Shown in pieces: positions 59,040 to 64,000 of a stretch of DNA of 64,000 bases. The notes beneath the pieces were generated by a model, which was given only the letters and a program-made list of their open reading frames with translations, searched no databases and was not told where the DNA came from. The DNA is from a virus. The position numbers and the translations under genes are program-made. Location: IMG/VR virus record IMGVR_UViG_3300017560_000010; one strand, given 5' to 3'. The number at the start of each line of letters is the position of its first letter. The stretch's first letter is position 1.

Positions 59040-59288
59040 ATGGCGATGACCGAAAATCGCGAAGATTGGTATGATCGGCGCCATGAATTGCGCCCGGACA
59101 TGGTCTTCCGGGACCATCTCGGCGATCTGGTCAAGCTCGATCGCACGGTTCCGGGCGACGGCACGAAATGGTATGTTGCCGATTGGTCCGGAAGAAGCTG
59201 GAGCTACGAAGACGGCACGATCGAGCCTGGGGATCTGGTTGAGCGGGTCGACGATCCGGAAGCGGAACATACCTGGAGCCCGGGTTAG
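59040..59288 (+). CDS. Small hypothetical protein
   Basis: GAGGAG RBS 3 nt upstream. Confidence 0.4.
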   Translation: MAMTENREDWYDRRHELRPDMVFRDHLGDLVKLDRTVPGDGTKWYVADWSGRSWSYEDGTIEPGDLVERVDDPEAEHTWSPG

Positions 59289-59348
59289 TTCAGGCCCATT
59301 GACGGGTTGACGGGAAAATGTTCAGGATCTCCCAAACCGGAGATCCTG

Positions 59349-62231
59349 ATGACCCCGCATGCTTTCATCTCAAAATGGCGCAATGTCGAGCTCAAGGAGC
59401 GGAGCGCGTCGCAGGCCCACTTCATCGATCTCTGCAAGCTTCTCGACATCGAGGATCCGGTTTCGGCGGATCCGAAGGGCGAGTGGTTCACCTTCGAGAA
59501 AGGGGCCAGCAAGACCACTGGTGGTGAAGGGTGGGCCGATGTCTGGCGAAAGGAATGCTTCGCCTGGGAATACAAGGGCAAGAGAAAGGACCTCAGGGCC
59601 GCGTTCTCACAACTTCAGCAATATGCAATCGCCCTGGAGAATCCTCCGCTCCTGATCGTATCCGACATGGACAGGATCCAGATCCACACCAACTGGACCA
59701 ATACGGTCCAGCAGGTCCATGAAATCTCGCTCGAGGAACTCGCAGATGCGGGTATGAGAGACTTGCTGAAGTCGGCATTTCTCGACCCCGAAAAGCTCCG
59801 CCCCACCAGGACGAGACAGGGACTAACAGAGGAAGCGGCCGGCCGCTTCGCTGCTCTTGCCATGAACCTGCGCAAGCGTGGACATGAGGCGCACGAAGTG
59901 GCCCACTTCGTGAACCGGCTCATATTCTGTCTGTTTGCCGAGGACGTGAATCTGCTGCCGGACCGGATGTTCCAGCGCATGATCGAAACCTCGCAGCGTG
60001 ATCCATCCAGATTTCAACCCAATGCAACCCTGCTCTTCACCGCCATGCATGGCGGTGGCATGGTCGGGTTCGAACAGGTCGAATGGTTCAATGGCGGATT
60101 GTTCGATCATGGAGAGGCACTGCCCCTCGAAGCGCAGGATGTGACCGAACTCCTTGCAGCCGCACGTCTTGATTGGTCGGAAATCGATCCATCGATCATG
60201 GGCACGCTTTTCGAAAGGGGCCTAGATCCGGAAAAACGCAGCCAACTGGGCGCCCATTATACCGACCGCGACAAGATCATGCAGATCGTCCAGCCCGTCA
60301 TCGTCGACCCGCTCCTCGCGGAATGGGAAGATGCCCGCGAACAGATCTCTTCCGCCTTGAGCAAGGCGGCAGCGGCGAGGTCATCCTCTTCGAGAACGAA
60401 GGCCATGAAGCAGGCGGAGGCATTGAAGAACGTCTTCCTGGAACGCCTGAGGAACTACAAGGTCCTCGATCCCGCATGTGGATCAGGGAATTTCCTCTAC
60501 CTGGCGCTTCTCGCACTCAAGGATCTCGAGCACCGGGTCAATCTCGACGCCGAGGCCATGGGATTGCCGAGAGAGTTTCCGAGGATCGGTCCGGAAAACG
60601 TGTTCGGGATCGAGAAGAACCCCTATGCGGCCGAGCTGGCGAGAGTTTCGGTCTGGATCGGAGAAATTCAGTGGATGCGCCGAAATGGGTTCGAGGCTGG
60701 CCGCAACCCTATCCTTCGTCCGCTATCCAATATCGAGAACAGAGATGCTGTTCTCTCTGAGGATGGAACCCGTGCCGAATGGCCAGACGTCGATGCTGTC
60801 ATCGGAAATCCGCCCTTCATAGGCAATAAGAAGATGATCTCGGAGCTTGGCGAGGACTACACCACCAAGCTGCGCCGGGTGTGGAGCCATGTGCCGGGAG
60901 GCGTTGATTTCGTCTGCTACTGGTTCGCCAAGGCATGGGACATGATCGAAGCAGGCCGTCTGTCCCGCGCCGGCTTGGTCTCGACCAATTCGATCCGCGG
61001 CGGTGCCAATCGTGATATACTGAATCCGGTTGTAGAACATGGACGTATTTTTGAAGCCTGGTCGGACGAGCCATGGACGGTGGACGGCGCAGCTGTCCGT
61101 GTTTCGATGATATGCTTCGATGGCCAGCCAGGCGGGCCTGTCCACTTGGATGGTTCTGAGGTGCAGGAGATTTTTGCGGATTTGTCGGCGGCTCGTGGAG
61201 GCAACGATCTGACAAAAGCCTCCCAGATCGTGGAAAATCTCGGCATTGCCTTCCAGGGGCCAGTCAAGGTGGGTCCATTCGATGTAACGGGAGATCTTGC
61301 CCGTGAATGGCTGACGCGCTCAGGAAACCCGAACGGAAGACGGAATGCAGAAGTCGTCCGCCCGCTTCTGAACGGCATGGACATTACCCGCAGGTCTTCA
61401 GGCAGGTGGATTGTTGATTTCGGGGCCATGACCGAGGAAGAAGCTTGCCTTTTCGAAGCTCCTTTTGAATATGTCCGCGCGCATGTAAAACCTTTGAGAG
61501 ATGAAAACAGGGACCTTCAAAGAAAACAGTTCTGGTGGCGCCTTGGCCGGTCTGGCAGTGAGTTGCGTGAGGCTGTCGCACCGCTCCGAAGGGCAATCTT
61601 CACCCCGCGAGTAGCTAAGCATCGCTTGTTTGCATGGTCTGATGCGCGCACCCTTCCTGATAGCCGCGTCGTCCTCATCGCCAGAGAGGACGATACCTCA
61701 TTCGGGATTCTTCACTCATGCTTCCATGAGTTGTGGTCGCTGGCTCTTGGTGGATGGCATGGGGTTGGCAACGACCCGCAATACACGCCGTCCCTTGGTT
61801 TCGAAACCTTCCCTTTCCCAGAAGGCCTGACCCCCGACATTCCCGCCAAGGATTATGCTTCTGACCCCCGGGCGCAGGCGATCGCCGCTGCCGCCGCCAG
61901 TCTGAACGAATTGCGCGAGACATGGCTCAACCCGCCTGATCTGGTTCGTCGCGTGCCGGAAGTCGTCCCGGGATATCCCGATCGCATCTTGCCCGTGAAT
62001 GAATTGGCCGAGAAGGAGCTGAAGAAACGCACCCTCACGAACCTCTACAATGCACGCCCTTCCTGGCTCGATCATGCCCACAAGAAGCTGGATGGAGCGG
62101 TGGCGGAAGCTTATGGTTGGGGTGAAGACTGGAGAAAGGGAATTCTGGTCGACAATGAAATCCTTGCCAGGTTGTTCAACCTCAATCAGCAAAGATTTTC
62201 GCATCTTAAAAATGAGAGATTGACTCGATAG
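59349..62231 (+). CDS. MmeI-family Type IIL restriction-modification enzyme (endonuclease + N6-adenine methyltransferase + TRD in one polypeptide)
   Basis: N-terminal segment FISKWRNVELKERSASQAHFIDLC...ADVWRKECFAWEYKGK is collinear with the MmeI N-terminal PD-ExK nuclease. Motif I VLDPACGSGNFL precedes motif IV VIGNPPF (gamma-class amino-MTase). Confidence 0.75.
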   Translation: MTPHAFISKWRNVELKERSASQAHFIDLCKLLDIEDPVSADPKGEWFTFEKGASKTTGGEGWADVWRKECFAWEYKGKRKDLRAAFSQLQQYAIALENPPLLIVSDMDRIQIHTNWTNTVQQVHEISLEELADAGMRDLLKSAFLDPEKLRPTRTRQGLTEEAAGRFAALAMNLRKRGHEAHEVAHFVNRLIFCLFAEDVNLLPDRMFQRMIETSQRDPSRFQPNATLLFTAMHGGGMVGFEQVEWFNGGLFDHGEALPLEAQDVTELLAAARLDWSEIDPSIMGTLFERGLDPEKRSQLGAHYTDRDKIMQIVQPVIVDPLLAEWEDAREQISSALSKAAAARSSSSRTKAMKQAEALKNVFLERLRNYKVLDPACGSGNFLYLALLALKDLEHRVNLDAEAMGLPREFPRIGPENVFGIEKNPYAAELARVSVWIGEIQWMRRNGFEAGRNPILRPLSNIENRDAVLSEDGTRAEWPDVDAVIGNPPFIGNKKMISELGEDYTTKLRRVWSHVPGGVDFVCYWFAKAWDMIEAGRLSRAGLVSTNSIRGGANRDILNPVVEHGRIFEAWSDEPWTVDGAAVRVSMICFDGQPGGPVHLDGSEVQEIFADLSAARGGNDLTKASQIVENLGIAFQGPVKVGPFDVTGDLAREWLTRSGNPNGRRNAEVVRPLLNGMDITRRSSGRWIVDFGAMTEEEACLFEAPFEYVRAHVKPLRDENRDLQRKQFWWRLGRSGSELREAVAPLRRAIFTPRVAKHRLFAWSDARTLPDSRVVLIAREDDTSFGILHSCFHELWSLALGGWHGVGNDPQYTPSLGFETFPFPEGLTPDIPAKDYASDPRAQAIAAAAASLNELRETWLNPPDLVRRVPEVVPGYPDRILPVNELAEKELKKRTLTNLYNARPSWLDHAHKKLDGAVAEAYGWGEDWRKGILVDNEILARLFNLNQQRFSHLKNERLTR

Positions 62232-62285
62232 GACCGAGAGTATCTACACGTTTAAGGTCTTCTGTTAACGATATGGGTTGCCATC

Positions 62286-62483
62286 ATGTCGGAAAGTTCA
62301 TTGTCGCCGCTGTTTCAACCGACCGTCAGCCGCAACGACTGGATCGCCCTGATCAATATGCTGACAATGTATCAGCACAATGTCGAATTCCGCGCCTTGC
62401 AAGGCAGGATGCTGGAAGAAGCGCGACGGGCGGGCTTCCTGATGCCGGATTCGACCAGGCCAGAACATACTGCAAGCGCGTGA
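62286..62483 (+). CDS. Small hypothetical protein
   Basis: 65 aa. Confidence 0.3.
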   Translation: MSESSLSPLFQPTVSRNDWIALINMLTMYQHNVEFRALQGRMLEEARRAGFLMPDSTRPEHTASA

Positions 62484-62514
62484 CCCGCCAGGATCGGTTT
62501 CGGGAAAAGGTCTC

Positions 62515-62991
62515 TCAGAAACGGGAGACCTTATAGCTTGTGGGGACAACTTCGGACTGTTCGGCCTTCCTGATCGCGTCCTCAAGCTCATCGATGAGGT
62601 CCGTGTGATCCACCTGGATGCCTGGCGTCTCCGGATCCTTTGGCAGCGTATCCTCAAAACAATCATGCTGCGGACCATCAAGATCGACACGATCGAGGTT
62701 CTCGCAATCGAGCATGGCAAGCCGGAGGGCAATATTGTTGCCATCTCCCAGCTGGTTCATCAGCCACCCCAGGCAGTGAACCTCCTTGCCGACCGGGTGC
62801 TCGTGGCAAGCCATGATACGCAGTGGCTCCTTCCCCAGTGCCGCAGCAAGGTTTCCCGTTCCGTCCGCAATGGTGCCGGCGAGAGATCTGTGCAGATCTT
62901 CTGAATATCCGTGTGGGATATCACGCGGATCGGTCGACACCTTCCAGGGACATTTCGCGCATTGCTTGGTCCGCTGAAGCTTCCAGGACAT
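62515..62991 (-). CDS. Hypothetical protein (Cys/His-containing)
   Basis: CAKCPWK ... ACHEHP ... HC motifs. Confidence 0.4.
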   Translation of the reverse strand: MSWKLQRTKQCAKCPWKVSTDPRDIPHGYSEDLHRSLAGTIADGTGNLAAALGKEPLRIMACHEHPVGKEVHCLGWLMNQLGDGNNIALRLAMLDCENLDRVDLDGPQHDCFEDTLPKDPETPGIQVDHTDLIDELEDAIRKAEQSEVVPTSYKVSRF

Positions 62992-63272
62992 GGGATTTCC
63001 TTACGGTTTGGCGATCACGTGCAGTTCCCGGTTCCCTAAGGAGCCGGTGCAGCGTCACGATCATCCAGGTGGCGTGCGACCGCAAGTCCGACCTTGGCGA
63101 CGTTAAGCGCGGGATACCGGGCGAAGACGGTCCAACGGCCTCTCTGCCTGGCCACGGAGGACTCGGTCGAAAGCGGTGCAAGATCTGCCTCCAGCCGGTC
63201 AGCATCTTCCTTGCTGTCGACGATGATCGCGGTATCGATCTGGGCATCATGTTTCATGAGCGGCTCCCTTTT

Positions 63273-63545
63273 TCATGTTCCACTTGCGTCGCGTTCCGGC
63301 CGGCAAGTTGGCTCACATTGAGTCTCGGCATGTGGGGTTACAAGGCGGTCCTGCTCTTCCCGGAACAGGCGACGCTGCTCGTCCACCCAGGCCCGATGGT
63401 CCCGCTCCATTTTTCTCAACTTTTCAAGCGCGGCGTTGTAGCGGTTCACGAATTTTTCGTCTGCCGCGCGCATGCGCTTCTGATACCGCCGCTCATTCGC
63501 CTCCATTTTGGCGTCGTCCCAGGTTCCATACCGGTTCTGTCCCAT
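63273..63545 (-). CDS. Small charged coiled-coil protein
   Basis: 90 aa. Confidence 0.35.
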   Translation of the reverse strand: MGQNRYGTWDDAKMEANERRYQKRMRAADEKFVNRYNAALEKLRKMERDHRAWVDEQRRLFREEQDRLVTPHAETQCEPTCRPERDASGT

Positions 63546-63548
63546 GGT

Positions 63549-63899
63549 TCAGTTCACCGAAACATAAGGCATGCCGCCAGGAAGTGCGGGCCACAGGTCG
63601 CGAGGCAGGAGGAACCTGGCCTTTCCGGCTGCGATTCCGAGCATGAAGAGCTTATCCATGGTCTGGTGCATGCCAGTCCATTGCTCGCCGTTCTTGTCCA
63701 TGCAGGCGTTCAGAAAGGTCCATCCGCCACCGCCGGATTGTTGGAACTCATTGGGCAGACCGGACAGCATGCTGCCGATCTCTTCTTCATGATCCGTCAC
63801 GTCCAGGAATACGCTTCCCATGACACCTTCCGTAACCGATCCGCTGTCGCGCATGCAGGTGGCAAAGAGAGCTTCGACGTTTTGTGCAGTCAGTTCCAT
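63549..63899 (-). CDS. Hypothetical protein
   Basis: Start MELTAQNVEALF. Confidence 0.4.
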   Translation of the reverse strand: MELTAQNVEALFATCMRDSGSVTEGVMGSVFLDVTDHEEEIGSMLSGLPNEFQQSGGGGWTFLNACMDKNGEQWTGMHQTMDKLFMLGIAAGKARFLLPRDLWPALPGGMPYVSVN

Positions 63900-64000
63900 G
63901 GTCTTTCCTTTGATCAGGCCTTTGCTCACGAATTCCCGAGGTTTCGATCGAATGCCCGGATACCGCCGGACAACCTGTAAAGCAGGGCCGGCCTGCTGAT

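Noticed and set aside
62823-63980. 385-aa + strand ORF at the right end
   Set aside because: It has Arg/Ser/Pro-rich junk-like composition and is antisense to three plausible minus-strand ORFs.
1-64000. CRISPR arrays and rRNA genes
   Set aside because: No regularly spaced direct repeats and no rRNA-like conserved segments were seen on either strand.

Overview
This window reads as a high-GC (about 60%) Alphaproteobacteria-like chromosomal segment that is almost entirely accessory or mobile DNA. It opens with two prophage tail-fibre genes, both carrying a C-terminal intramolecular-chaperone domain. A mixed block follows at 3-20 kb: a type IA topoisomerase-like gene, a Tat-secreted MepK-like peptidase, a thermonuclease, tandem secreted paralogs, a BI-1/YccA membrane protein, tyrS (the only clear housekeeping gene), a metallophosphoesterase, an HD-domain hydrolase, a PLD-family nuclease and two SPFH proteins. 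From 24.0 to 33.8 kb there is a long co-directional, translationally coupled operon of small unknown genes containing an orphan LuxI-family AHL synthase. That operon is cut by an intact IS3-family element with a 3-bp target-site duplication. The right half is dense with unknown ORFs interspersed with mobile-element or counter-defence-type domains: two ParB-like nucleases, three GNAT-like proteins (plus one further GNAT at 20.1-20.5 kb), a zincin HExxH protein, a PAPS-reductase-like protein coupled to a SAM methyltransferase, two Pol-beta-type nucleotidyltransferase modules, a truncated TnpB, a metallophosphoesterase / SNF2 helicase / VRR-NUC-like trio, and an MmeI-family Type IIL restriction-modification enzyme. 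The strongest unexplained signal is a TTTTCGCATG/CATGCGAAAA motif present about 20 times, almost always just upstream of start codons and twice as inverted pairs. No CRISPR array, rRNA or convincing tRNA was found. All functional calls come from motif recognition by eye, with no database searches, and start codons are approximate.
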